From the IMG/VR virus record IMGVR_UViG_3300020046_003652, positions 11,448-75,447 of that record: a stretch of 64,000 bases of DNA, one strand, 5' to 3'. The position numbers were made by a program, and so were the translations under genes. Below the pieces are notes generated by a model that worked only from the letters and a program-made list of their open reading frames with translations, had not been told where the DNA came from and searched no databases. This stretch comes from a virus (taxonomy: Duplodnaviria > Caudoviricetes). Shown in pieces: positions 18,103 through 27,716 of the stretch; the first letter of the stretch is position 1, and every line of letters starts with the position of its first letter.

Positions 18103-19341
18103 ATGGCGTCTAAACCATGGAAAACGACAGATGAATTAGTGGAAATGGTAAAAAGAAAGATAGCATTACCTATCTATCAATCTACTTTTTCTAAACAAGA
18201 CGTTATTGATTTTCTTAACGAAGAAATGATGATAAGTCAAATTCCGGCATTGTTACAATATCATGAAGAATATTTTGTATTTAAAAAAGAAATTCCATTA
18301 GTTAATAATATTTCAAGATATCCTATGCCAGATCGATCAATCGGAATGCGTTTACGTGATATTAAATACGTAGATTCAAATCGTAACTTCTTTGATATGT
18401 CACAGATTCCGGCAGATGATAAAGCTTTTTTTCAACGAGCAATTGGATCTAACCAAGCATTGCATAAATTCTACATAGAAGGCAATGATATAGTATTAAC
18501 TCCTACTTTTCTTACATCTCCAAGTGGAAGCTTAGCGTTATACTTTTACATTAGACCTAATCAGTTAGTTGAAAACTCAAGAGCTGCAATATCTACTAGT
18601 TTTGTTAAGACTGTTACTATTTCAAATAATGCAACAGTAACCGATTCGTTAAATACTATAGTAATAAATAATGTGTCATTTGTTCCTAAAACAATATTAG
18701 ATCCAGGTGCAGTAAATGAATTTCTAATAGGAGTAGATGCAAACGCAACTGCTAATAACTTAGCAAATGCTATAACTACTTCTGCTTCATTTAATTATAT
18801 AACAGCAACTGCTAATACTAATGTTGTAACAATAACTAGTACTAAAAATTCAATGTTATGGACTATCAACAACGATACTAATTGTTACACTTTTGTAAAT
18901 CAACATCAAATAGTTTGTTCGGATGTTATCCCTTCTAATATTACTACTTCAGTATTAGTAGATTTACTTCAAACTAATGCTGGTCATAAAATATATGACT
19001 ATGATATTGTACCTCAAGCAATCTCTGGAAGCACAATCGTATTAAACGATTCTGATGTTCCTAGTACATATGTTGTAGGTGATTACATATGCGAACAACA
19101 TGAGTGTATTATTCCTTATCTACCTCCTGATTTACATAACGCGTTAGCAGAAAGAGCTTCTTCTAGAATTCTTGCTGCACAAGGCGATGCAGCAGGACTT
19201 CAGATGGCCCAAGCTAAGATACAAGAAATAGATCAACAGACTAATCGTATCATTGGCGATAGAGCAGAAAGTACTCCTCTTAAGTTAAATGCTAGAGGAA
19301 GTATTTTACGTTATACTAAAATGGGAAGAAATCGCTGGTAA
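18103..19341 (+). CDS. Head-tail adaptor (tail tubular protein A-like) with inserted domain
   Basis: TTDELVEMVKRK...DVIDFLNEE...YPMPD pattern, located directly before the nozzle gene. Confidence 0.6.
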   Translation: MASKPWKTTDELVEMVKRKIALPIYQSTFSKQDVIDFLNEEMMISQIPALLQYHEEYFVFKKEIPLVNNISRYPMPDRSIGMRLRDIKYVDSNRNFFDMSQIPADDKAFFQRAIGSNQALHKFYIEGNDIVLTPTFLTSPSGSLALYFYIRPNQLVENSRAAISTSFVKTVTISNNATVTDSLNTIVINNVSFVPKTILDPGAVNEFLIGVDANATANNLANAITTSASFNYITATANTNVVTITSTKNSMLWTINNDTNCYTFVNQHQIVCSDVIPSNITTSVLVDLLQTNAGHKIYDYDIVPQAISGSTIVLNDSDVPSTYVVGDYICEQHECIIPYLPPDLHNALAERASSRILAAQGDAAGLQMAQAKIQEIDQQTNRIIGDRAESTPLKLNARGSILRYTKMGRNRW

Positions 19342-19364
19342 TTTAATTAAAGACGGATGTTAAA

Positions 19365-22300
19365 ATGGCAAGCTTAGTTACATTAAAAGCTACAGGATTA
19401 CAAACTCAGCCCAATCAATTGGACTTAGCCGAGGGTTCGTTATCTGTTGCTTCTAATATTATTATCGATAGAGATAACGTAATTGAAAAACGTAGAGGAT
19501 TTAAACTTTACGGTAATTCATTTGGATCATCATCTAATATATCAAAACAATTAATGGAATATAGAGACAGATTAATTCGTCATTATTTAGATAAATTACA
19601 ATACGATAATGGATCTGGAACATTTACTGATTTTCCTGGAACATTTACTGAACCAGAAACTGGAATTAGAATTAAATCAGTTGCAGCTAATAATAATTTT
19701 TATTTTACCACTTCGCAAGGGGTTCAAAAAATAGCAGCAGCTACTAGCGATTTAAGTACATCTGTAATTTCTAATGCTGGTGGAGTAAAAGCAATAGATA
19801 TATCTTCTGCATTAAAATATACATATGGATCTTTAACTGGCTTTTTACCAGTAGATTCAGCTGTTGCATATCGTGCTGTATGGGGAATAAAAGATGTAAA
19901 TGGTAATTTAATTTTAGGTACTCCTTCTCCTAGATCTGAAATATACAATCCGATTACCCCAGTAATGAATCAAGATTTTATGAGATTATTACAAGGATTA
20001 GATAATGCTGCTGCAGTTCCTGCAGGTCAATCATTAACTGATGTTGATTATACTACAACATTAGGATTACCTATATATTCAGATGCTACTTTATTACGAA
20101 CCAACATACTTTCTTTGTCTGCTAAATTAGATACAGATATTTATCCTGCATTACCAGCAATAACTACTCCTGATCCTTTTTATACAGCAGGACCTCCTCA
20201 ATATGTACGTATCAAGTTTGTAGCAGCTCACGGCCTAATAGTTGGAGATTCGGTTAAAATAACAGGAATGATACCAGATGCGTATAATGGTGTATTTTCC
20301 GTAATTAATATTCCAGCAGCAGATACTATAGATATTTCAGTAATTGCTAACCCTGGAACATATACTTCTGGTGGAGTAGTAACTAAAGTAAAATATCAAA
20401 CAATATTAGAACCAGATGAGTTAAGCATTCCTCAAACATCAGCACAATTAAGAAGCATCCAAGATTATATGGATGAGATTATTTTAAAATTACAAACAAG
20501 TCCAACTTCAGAAATTACAAATACTAATTTAAATTTATATATAGATGAACTAAATGTAACCAAAACCTCTACTGTTAATTTAACTATAAATATTCCTACA
20601 GAGGTAGTGAGTGCAGGATTAAATCAATACTTTTTGCAGTTATATCGATCTAATATAACAGAAGCAATAGGAACCACGGTATTAAGTGAATTGGTTCCAG
20701 ATGATGAAATGAAATTAGTATATGAAGCTTTTCCAACAGCATTAGAATTAAGTGCTAATGTTATGTTATTTGAAGATATAACACTAGATACTTTCGCTGG
20801 AGCTAATTTATATACAAACGAAGCGACAGGAGAAGGAGCATTACAAGCAAATGATGCGCCTCCTTACGCTAAAGATTTAGCTAGATTTAAAAATGTTACG
20901 TTTTATGCTAATACTAAAAATAAACAAAAAAAGCTATTATCTTTATTAGGTGTATCTAATATGATAACAGATTACAATAACAGTATAATTCCAAAATTAA
21001 CAATAACAAATGGAACAAATACTGTTACTTATTCTTTTGTTACAGGATTACAAGAAATAACAGATATAACTTGTGTAGCTGATGTTGCTGATAGTTTAAA
21101 TGGTACATATTTTGATATATATTCAGCAGAAGATGTAACTAAATATCGTTTTTATTATAAAACATCAGGGGGGACTGATACTCCTCCAGCTATAACTACA
21201 GAAACTCTAGTTAAGATCTACATAAACACTAACGATGCCGACACTAGTGTTGCGGGTAAAACTAAAGACATATTAAACGTATATGGTGTAGATTTTATAG
21301 CCGAAGATAACACGTTACCTACTATACAAGTAACAACTACTGGATTTGGGTATACGACAGATGCGTCTGCTGGAACTACAGGATTTACAGTTACAGTTAC
21401 ACAACAAGGTAGAGGTCAATCTATATCCACTAATCCTAAACAGGTTCTTCTTTCAACTAACATATCTCCAGCAGTAGCTGTCGATGAAACAGCAAGAAGT
21501 TTAGTTAATATAATAAATAAAGATACCTCCAGTCCAGTATATGCTTATTACTTATCTTCAGCTAGTGGTGTTCCTGGTAAATTCTTTTTAGAAGCAAAAT
21601 CACTAAATTCTGATGTATTATATATGTTAACCAATAATTCAGTTACTGGAGCATCTTTTAATCCAGATTTGAGTCCTACTTCTAGTATTACTGCTATTTC
21701 TTCTGCAAATCCTACTGTAATAAATACTAGTGCTCCTCATGGTCTAGTCAATACTTCAACTGTTGTTATTTCATCATCTAATTCTCCAACTAACATAGAT
21801 GGCAAATATTCAGTTACTGTAGTCTCTTCTACTCAATTTAGTATCCCTGTCGATTTATCTGCTATGGTAGTAGGTTCATATTCTGCAGTTTATTCTAAAA
21901 CATCAGATGTTGAAGCAAGTGAGAATGAAACAAAACCAAATAGAGTTTATTATTCTAAATTAGACCAACCAGAAGCCGTTCCGTTGTTTAATTATTTCGA
22001 TGTAGGTGATTCAGATAAAGCTATCCTTCGTATTTATCCTCTTAGAGATAGTTTATTTGTATTTAAAGAAGAAGGACTATATCGTATATCCGGTGAAGTA
22101 TCTCCTTTTACCTTAGCTTTATTCGATTCTTCTTGTAAAATAACAGCTCCCGATTCAATAGGAGTAGTAGCTAATTTGATATTTGCTTGGACTAAAAAAG
22201 GAATAGAGACAATATCAGAGTCTGGTGCATCCTTAGTGTCTAGACCAATAGATAACGATATATTGAAACTAGGAAGTACCAACTATACTAATTTTAAAAC

Positions 22301-23657
22301 AACGACATTCGGACTAGGTTATGAATCAGATAAATCGTATTTAGTATGGACAGTAACAAAAACAAATGATTCTGTTGCTAAAATATGTTATAGATATAGT
22401 ACCGTTACGGGAGCATGGACTACGTACGATAAAACTAATACTTGCGGAATAGTTAAAGTTCTAGAAGATAAATTATTTCTAGGAGCAGGTGATATTAATT
22501 ACATAGAAGAAGAAAGAAAGACATTCACAAGAACTGATTATGCTGATCGTGAATTATCATTTCAAATAAACAGTAATGCTTACTCTGGTAATAAAATTAA
22601 ATTTACATCTATAACTGATTTTGAAATAGGTGATGTACTAGAACAACAACAGACTCTTACTCCTTATATATATAATATGTTATTAAAGAAATTAGATTTT
22701 GATCCTGGTTCTAATTTTACATCGTTTTATACAACATATCAAGCTTTGGGTGGAAATAACATGCGAGATAAGTTGGTAGAGTTAGCTCAAAAATTAGATA
22801 CATTAGGATTAACTTTTACTGATTACGAAAGTGTAATTGATTCTAAAACCGGAAGTATAGGTTCTCAAACAATAGGAGGATCTGCAGTTGAAATAACATC
22901 AACTGCTCATGGATTAAAAACCGGAAGATATATTAACATATTTGGAAATACATCAACTCCTAGTATTAATGGAGATTGGTTAGTTACGGTTATAGATGCT
23001 AACACTTTTAGTATTCCTACTGTGATAAATACTTCGGTTTCTGATGGATCATTTCTCACTTTAGATGATAATTTTGAAGATGTTAAAGGATGTTATAATC
23101 TTATAATAAATAAATTAAACGCAGATCAAACTATAGGGTTTACTAATTATTTAGAAATAGATACGACAACTAATATCGAAGCAATTGTTACTGATATAAA
23201 TAAAATAACAAAAACAATAACTTTAAATATAACACTTGACTATGTGGTTGGTCCTGTTTTATTATATAAGTCATATACTAGTACTGCTGTTTACTCACCA
23301 ACTACAATGGGTGATCCGTTAGGATATAAACACGTTAGAGAAGCTACTGTAATGTTTGAAAATAAAGCATTTACTTCTGCAATACTTAGTTTTGGAAGTG
23401 ATTTATTACCGATGTATATACCTATTCCTTTCAATGGTGATGGTAATGGTATATATGGTCATAATAACTTTGGAGAAGGCTTTTATGGAGGATCATCACA
23501 TAGTGCTCCATTCAGAACGTTAATACCCAGAGATAGTCAACGGTGTAGAGCATTGAATGTTAAATTAGAACATGATGTTGCTAGAGAAAATATAATAATT
23601 TATGGTATATCAATTACAGGTGAAGTTGGCTATAGCACAAGAGCTTACAGAGGTTAA
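19365..23657 (+). CDS. Tail nozzle (tail tubular protein B-like) with inserted beta domains
   Basis: 1430 aa. Propeller-like blades (RVYYSKLDQPEAVP, RDSLFVFKEEGLYRISG) and three HGL...V.I.G repeats. Confidence 0.65.
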   Translation: MASLVTLKATGLQTQPNQLDLAEGSLSVASNIIIDRDNVIEKRRGFKLYGNSFGSSSNISKQLMEYRDRLIRHYLDKLQYDNGSGTFTDFPGTFTEPETGIRIKSVAANNNFYFTTSQGVQKIAAATSDLSTSVISNAGGVKAIDISSALKYTYGSLTGFLPVDSAVAYRAVWGIKDVNGNLILGTPSPRSEIYNPITPVMNQDFMRLLQGLDNAAAVPAGQSLTDVDYTTTLGLPIYSDATLLRTNILSLSAKLDTDIYPALPAITTPDPFYTAGPPQYVRIKFVAAHGLIVGDSVKITGMIPDAYNGVFSVINIPAADTIDISVIANPGTYTSGGVVTKVKYQTILEPDELSIPQTSAQLRSIQDYMDEIILKLQTSPTSEITNTNLNLYIDELNVTKTSTVNLTINIPTEVVSAGLNQYFLQLYRSNITEAIGTTVLSELVPDDEMKLVYEAFPTALELSANVMLFEDITLDTFAGANLYTNEATGEGALQANDAPPYAKDLARFKNVTFYANTKNKQKKLLSLLGVSNMITDYNNSIIPKLTITNGTNTVTYSFVTGLQEITDITCVADVADSLNGTYFDIYSAEDVTKYRFYYKTSGGTDTPPAITTETLVKIYINTNDADTSVAGKTKDILNVYGVDFIAEDNTLPTIQVTTTGFGYTTDASAGTTGFTVTVTQQGRGQSISTNPKQVLLSTNISPAVAVDETARSLVNIINKDTSSPVYAYYLSSASGVPGKFFLEAKSLNSDVLYMLTNNSVTGASFNPDLSPTSSITAISSANPTVINTSAPHGLVNTSTVVISSSNSPTNIDGKYSVTVVSSTQFSIPVDLSAMVVGSYSAVYSKTSDVEASENETKPNRVYYSKLDQPEAVPLFNYFDVGDSDKAILRIYPLRDSLFVFKEEGLYRISGEVSPFTLALFDSSCKITAPDSIGVVANLIFAWTKKGIETISESGASLVSRPIDNDILKLGSTNYTNFKTTTFGLGYESDKSYLVWTVTKTNDSVAKICYRYSTVTGAWTTYDKTNTCGIVKVLEDKLFLGAGDINYIEEERKTFTRTDYADRELSFQINSNAYSGNKIKFTSITDFEIGDVLEQQQTLTPYIYNMLLKKLDFDPGSNFTSFYTTYQALGGNNMRDKLVELAQKLDTLGLTFTDYESVIDSKTGSIGSQTIGGSAVEITSTAHGLKTGRYINIFGNTSTPSINGDWLVTVIDANTFSIPTVINTSVSDGSFLTLDDNFEDVKGCYNLIINKLNADQTIGFTNYLEIDTTTNIEAIVTDINKITKTITLNITLDYVVGPVLLYKSYTSTAVYSPTTMGDPLGYKHVREATVMFENKAFTSAILSFGSDLLPMYIPIPFNGDGNGIYGHNNFGEGFYGGSSHSAPFRTLIPRDSQRCRALNVKLEHDVARENIIIYGISITGEVGYSTRAYRG

Positions 23658-23658
23658 C

Positions 23659-24069
23659 ATGAGATTACCTAATTATCGTAGAATATTTTCTAATGATTTT
23701 GAAGAACAATTTAAAGATTTGTTAGATAAATTGTCAGGTACATTAAATTCTGGTATAGAAGTTATTTACGAAGCATTGAATAATAAATTAACGTTTAGAG
23801 ATAACTTTGCAGCAACAGTTGCCGAGTTTAACGTTATTGTAGATAGTAACGGTATTCCTAACGGGACAACTAGTTTCAAGCTTTCTAACTCCTTGAAAAT
23901 AGAAGGATTATTCGTAATAGCAGCAACCGACACAAGTAATTCTACCTTATATCCTCCAGGAGCTGTTTTTGTAAGTGGGAATCCTAGTAATACTTCGTAT
24001 ATAATAAGCAATATAAGAGGTTTAACTCCAGGTAGAGAATATAGAATTAAAGTAGTAGTTTTAAATTAG
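23659..24069 (+). CDS. Putative tail protein
   Basis: ATG at 23659 after GAGG; 136 aa, beta-rich. Confidence 0.55.
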   Translation: MRLPNYRRIFSNDFEEQFKDLLDKLSGTLNSGIEVIYEALNNKLTFRDNFAATVAEFNVIVDSNGIPNGTTSFKLSNSLKIEGLFVIAATDTSNSTLYPPGAVFVSGNPSNTSYIISNIRGLTPGREYRIKVVVLN

Positions 24070-24131
24070 ATACGATATGTTCGTTTTAACAACTCTATAT
24101 GTTGTATCTCTACGTAATTTAAAGGGAAAAA

Positions 24132-26345
24132 ATGGCTATAAATTTTAATCAACAAAATCCAAATAACCCACAAGGTCAGCTACCTAATCAACAAACACAA
24201 CAATCGTTTAAACCTAAATCTACTGGATTCACTAATATCCAACGAGTGTTAGGTGCGAATAAAAACAATAAATTAGGTCAAGCTGTAACTCAAGGAGTAC
24301 AAGGAACTGTTCAAGGGGTTAAAAGTAATTTACAACAAGAAGTTCAAAAAAATAAACAAATAGCAGATAATTACAATAGTCAAATAGGTCAACAACAACA
24401 TCAAGCAAATCAGGTCATAAGTCAAGTTAATCAACCTGATCCAAATGCTGATCTATCTCAAATTGCAAATGCTAATCAAGAATTATTTCAAAACGTAAGA
24501 TCTTCTAATTATACCGGACCACAAGAATTAGGTAATATACAAAAGCTACAACAACAAGCTGGAGACGTTGAACAGTTAGGTAAACAAATAGCAGGTAGCA
24601 ATAGAGAAGGTCTTTTACAACGGTATGTTGGTGGAGATAGATACACTGGAGGTCAACGTAGACTTGATAATTTACTTTTAGGTCAAACTGGACAAAAAGA
24701 GTTAAATCAAGCTCGTCGTGACACTATGGGAATTGATGATAGTATAAGTCAAGCCAATAGTGAAGCGGCTAATCGATTTATGTCTAATTTAAAATATAAA
24801 CAAGATGTTGCTGGTAGCATTAATCAACAATTAGGTCAATCTCAAGAAAAGATAAATAGTGATATTCAAAACGTATTAAATAATCTACAATCAGATAATC
24901 AATTTCTTCAAACTAAAGATAAAGCAGTTCGTGATTATTTATCACAAAGACAAAAAACAGGTGCAGGTGAAGTTCAGACTCAAACTATGATAGATCCAGT
25001 AGATCAGGCTATGGTTGCTTTAGAACGGGCTGGAGTAAGCGCTGGTCAATATAAAGATCAATTAATGAAAGCTTTAAACGCTGGATTAGATCCGCGTGAA
25101 TTAGTTAATGCTAGCTTAAAAACAAATTTAGGTCAAAATATAACAAAAGAAGGAGCAATGACTGGACAACAAGCATCTCAGTTAAACGCCCTATCTAGAC
25201 TTAGTGGAGATAATTCAACTACGTATAATAAAAATATAGAAGCAACTAAAGGTGGATTTAATTTTGATATTAATAATATTCAAAAAAATATAGCAGAACA
25301 AGAAGCATATAATCAAGCAAATGCAGAAGAAAAAGCTAGAATGTTAGCAGATAGAGATGCTAGAACTAGAAAAGAAAGAATGGCTGCAGAAAATACAAGA
25401 AAAGCTCTATATTTATTAAATCCAGCATTAGGCGCATCAGCTGATATGTTATCTGGCGATTTCCAAAAAAGCGATGCATACAAAGCACTACAAAAATATG
25501 GTGGAATGGATAAAGTATTCGAATTAACAGGTAACACTTCAAATGCCCTAAATCGAGCTATGAGCGGAGAACAATCATTAGATTCGGCTTTAAGCGACAC
25601 TACTAGTAATTTATTAAAAGATATTGCAAATAGACCTGGACAATATATTAATTTATCTCCAGGGATGACAGCAGAAGACGCATATAATCAAATTAAATCA
25701 ATAGGATCTAATCCAGGAGATGCATATAATCGCGGTGATATCAAAAAAGGAATAGAAAGCGTTGGAAATACGGTTTCTGATGCAGTAAGTAACGTTACTT
25801 GTCATCTAGCTGGAACTATGATACGATTAATAGATAACAAATTTAAATCTATAGAAAATATTAAATTAGGAGATATGTTATATCTTGGTGGAAAAGTTAC
25901 AGCACTTGGTTCAAGTGTAGCTAACGAATTTTATGATTATAAAAATGAAAAAGTTACAGGAGAACATGCGGTATTTGAAGATGGAAAATTTATTAGAGTT
26001 AAAAATAGTAAAGACTCTAAATTAAATATTGTCAATAATGAAATTATAGTGTATATTATAGTAACTGAAAAACATTTAATGGTTACTAACAATATAATAT
26101 GGGCAGATTATGCTGAAACTCCATTTGCTATGTCTTTAACCGATGATCAACGATTGACTTGGTTAAACGATCAAGTAGATAGAAATAAAGAATTAGAAAT
26201 TATTCAAAAGGATTTGAACAATGAAATTGCGATTAATGAAGAGAAAAACAGAATATCGGTATTTAAACCAATTATGGAAAAAATACAAGTATTTACCTCC
26301 TCATTTAAGTATTTTACCAAAAACAAGTTATTTTGTTTTAGATAA
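24132..26345 (+). CDS. Gln-rich internal virion/ejection protein with C-terminal Hint domain
   Basis: Q/N-rich coiled coil, then T|CHLAGTMI (block A, Cys557 at 25800), TGEH (block B) and VYIIVTEKH...WADYAE. Confidence 0.75.
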   Translation: MAINFNQQNPNNPQGQLPNQQTQQSFKPKSTGFTNIQRVLGANKNNKLGQAVTQGVQGTVQGVKSNLQQEVQKNKQIADNYNSQIGQQQHQANQVISQVNQPDPNADLSQIANANQELFQNVRSSNYTGPQELGNIQKLQQQAGDVEQLGKQIAGSNREGLLQRYVGGDRYTGGQRRLDNLLLGQTGQKELNQARRDTMGIDDSISQANSEAANRFMSNLKYKQDVAGSINQQLGQSQEKINSDIQNVLNNLQSDNQFLQTKDKAVRDYLSQRQKTGAGEVQTQTMIDPVDQAMVALERAGVSAGQYKDQLMKALNAGLDPRELVNASLKTNLGQNITKEGAMTGQQASQLNALSRLSGDNSTTYNKNIEATKGGFNFDINNIQKNIAEQEAYNQANAEEKARMLADRDARTRKERMAAENTRKALYLLNPALGASADMLSGDFQKSDAYKALQKYGGMDKVFELTGNTSNALNRAMSGEQSLDSALSDTTSNLLKDIANRPGQYINLSPGMTAEDAYNQIKSIGSNPGDAYNRGDIKKGIESVGNTVSDAVSNVTCHLAGTMIRLIDNKFKSIENIKLGDMLYLGGKVTALGSSVANEFYDYKNEKVTGEHAVFEDGKFIRVKNSKDSKLNIVNNEIIVYIIVTEKHLMVTNNIIWADYAETPFAMSLTDDQRLTWLNDQVDRNKELEIIQKDLNNEIAINEEKNRISVFKPIMEKIQVFTSSFKYFTKNKLFCFR

Positions 26346-26640
26346 AAACAATAAAATAATAGCTTCTGGGTTATTATTTTTAACTAATGGTAAACTAGCA
26401 ATGATTGGATGGTTGATAGTTGATAAAGATATTAAAAATAAGAAAGTAATAATGAATTTTTTAATTAAGAATCTTATAAATAAAGCAAAAGAAAAAGGTA
26501 TAGTATGTATCTATACTTATAGTAAACATTCTAGTATGCTTTATATGTATAAGAAAATAGGATTTAAAAAATATGGTTCAGGAATAAATACATTAGGATT
26601 TAGTTGTAATAATATTAACTTAGCTTTTATGAAGGAATAA
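26221..26640 (+). CDS. GNAT-family acetyltransferase
   Basis: IIASGLLFL...IGWLIVDK...LIKNLINKAKEKG...YKKIGF GNAT pattern; overlaps the upstream gene by 125 nt. Confidence 0.65.
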   Translation: MKLRLMKRKTEYRYLNQLWKKYKYLPPHLSILPKTSYFVLDKNNKIIASGLLFLTNGKLAMIGWLIVDKDIKNKKVIMNFLIKNLINKAKEKGIVCIYTYSKHSSMLYMYKKIGFKKYGSGINTLGFSCNNINLAFMKE

Positions 26641-26643
26641 CAA

Positions 26644-27711
26644 ATGGCTCCATTAATGATCGCAGCAATAGCAGCTCCAGTAATATCCGGCGCAATGGGT
26701 CACTTCCTTGGCGCAGGAGATAGGGCAGCAGCCGCTGCGAAATCTGCAGAAGCAGTACAAGGGTTGATAGATGTAGGATTACCTCCTGATCTATCTAAAC
26801 GATTAGTACTTGAAGAATTCCAAAAAGCAGGAATGCTAGATCCAGAAACAGAAAAAACTATTAACATGAATGTATCTAAAGTTGCTGGAATCCAAGAAGA
26901 TTCTAAACTTAAAGATGCACAAATGTCTTCTTTAGAATTACTAAGTCAAAGAGCTAATACCGGATTAAACCCAGAAGATATGGCTGCTCTTAATAAAATA
27001 AGAGATCAATTAGCTAGAGATCAAAATGCAAAACAACAACAAATAGTTCAAAATTATCAAATGCGTGGTATGGGTGGTTCTGGTGCAGAATTAGCAGCTG
27101 CGTTATCTGCAGAACAATCAGGTGCAAATCAAGCTTCACAACAAGGTGATCAATTAGCAGCAATGGCATCTCAAAACGCATTACAAGCGGCTATGCAATC
27201 TGGTCAATTAGGTGGATCTATCAGATCTCAAGATTTCGATGTTAGTAAGACTAAAGCTGGTGCAGAAGATGAAATGAATAGATTTAATATTCAAAATCAA
27301 TTAGGACAACAACAAAGAAACGTTGCAGCTAAAAATCAAGCACAACAGTTTAATTTACAAAATGAACAAAATTTAATGAATGCTAATACACAACAAGCAA
27401 ACACCGAAACTCAAAGACAAAATCAAGCTAAACGTGATTTTTATACAGATAAAATGAATAGAGCGTCTGCATTAGGTAATGCATTAAATGGTCAAGCTAA
27501 TCAATTAAACAATCAAGCATCAGCTACTGGTCAAATGTGGTCAGGAGTAGGTTCTGGAATAGCTACAGGTATTGCTGGATATGGTAAGTATCAAAATGAT
27601 CAAGCTTTAAATGAATCAAATATTTCAAAAAATGCAGCAGAAGCTAATTATTATAATAGACTAAATACTCCTCCTGCAAATAATCCTCTTTTGATTAAAA
27701 AACAAGGATAA
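26644..27711 (+). CDS. Ejection (DNA pilot-like) protein
   Basis: Hydrophobic A/G N-terminus, Q/A/N coiled coil and C-terminal GVGSGIATGIAG glycine zipper. Confidence 0.7.
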   Translation: MAPLMIAAIAAPVISGAMGHFLGAGDRAAAAAKSAEAVQGLIDVGLPPDLSKRLVLEEFQKAGMLDPETEKTINMNVSKVAGIQEDSKLKDAQMSSLELLSQRANTGLNPEDMAALNKIRDQLARDQNAKQQQIVQNYQMRGMGGSGAELAAALSAEQSGANQASQQGDQLAAMASQNALQAAMQSGQLGGSIRSQDFDVSKTKAGAEDEMNRFNIQNQLGQQQRNVAAKNQAQQFNLQNEQNLMNANTQQANTETQRQNQAKRDFYTDKMNRASALGNALNGQANQLNNQASATGQMWSGVGSGIATGIAGYGKYQNDQALNESNISKNAAEANYYNRLNTPPANNPLLIKKQG

Positions 27712-27716
27712 TTGAT

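Noticed and set aside
21331-21338. Intragenic TAACAACT copies (also 9105-9112 on the minus strand)
   Set aside because: They fall inside coding sequence with no start codon at the characteristic spacing and are compatible with chance.
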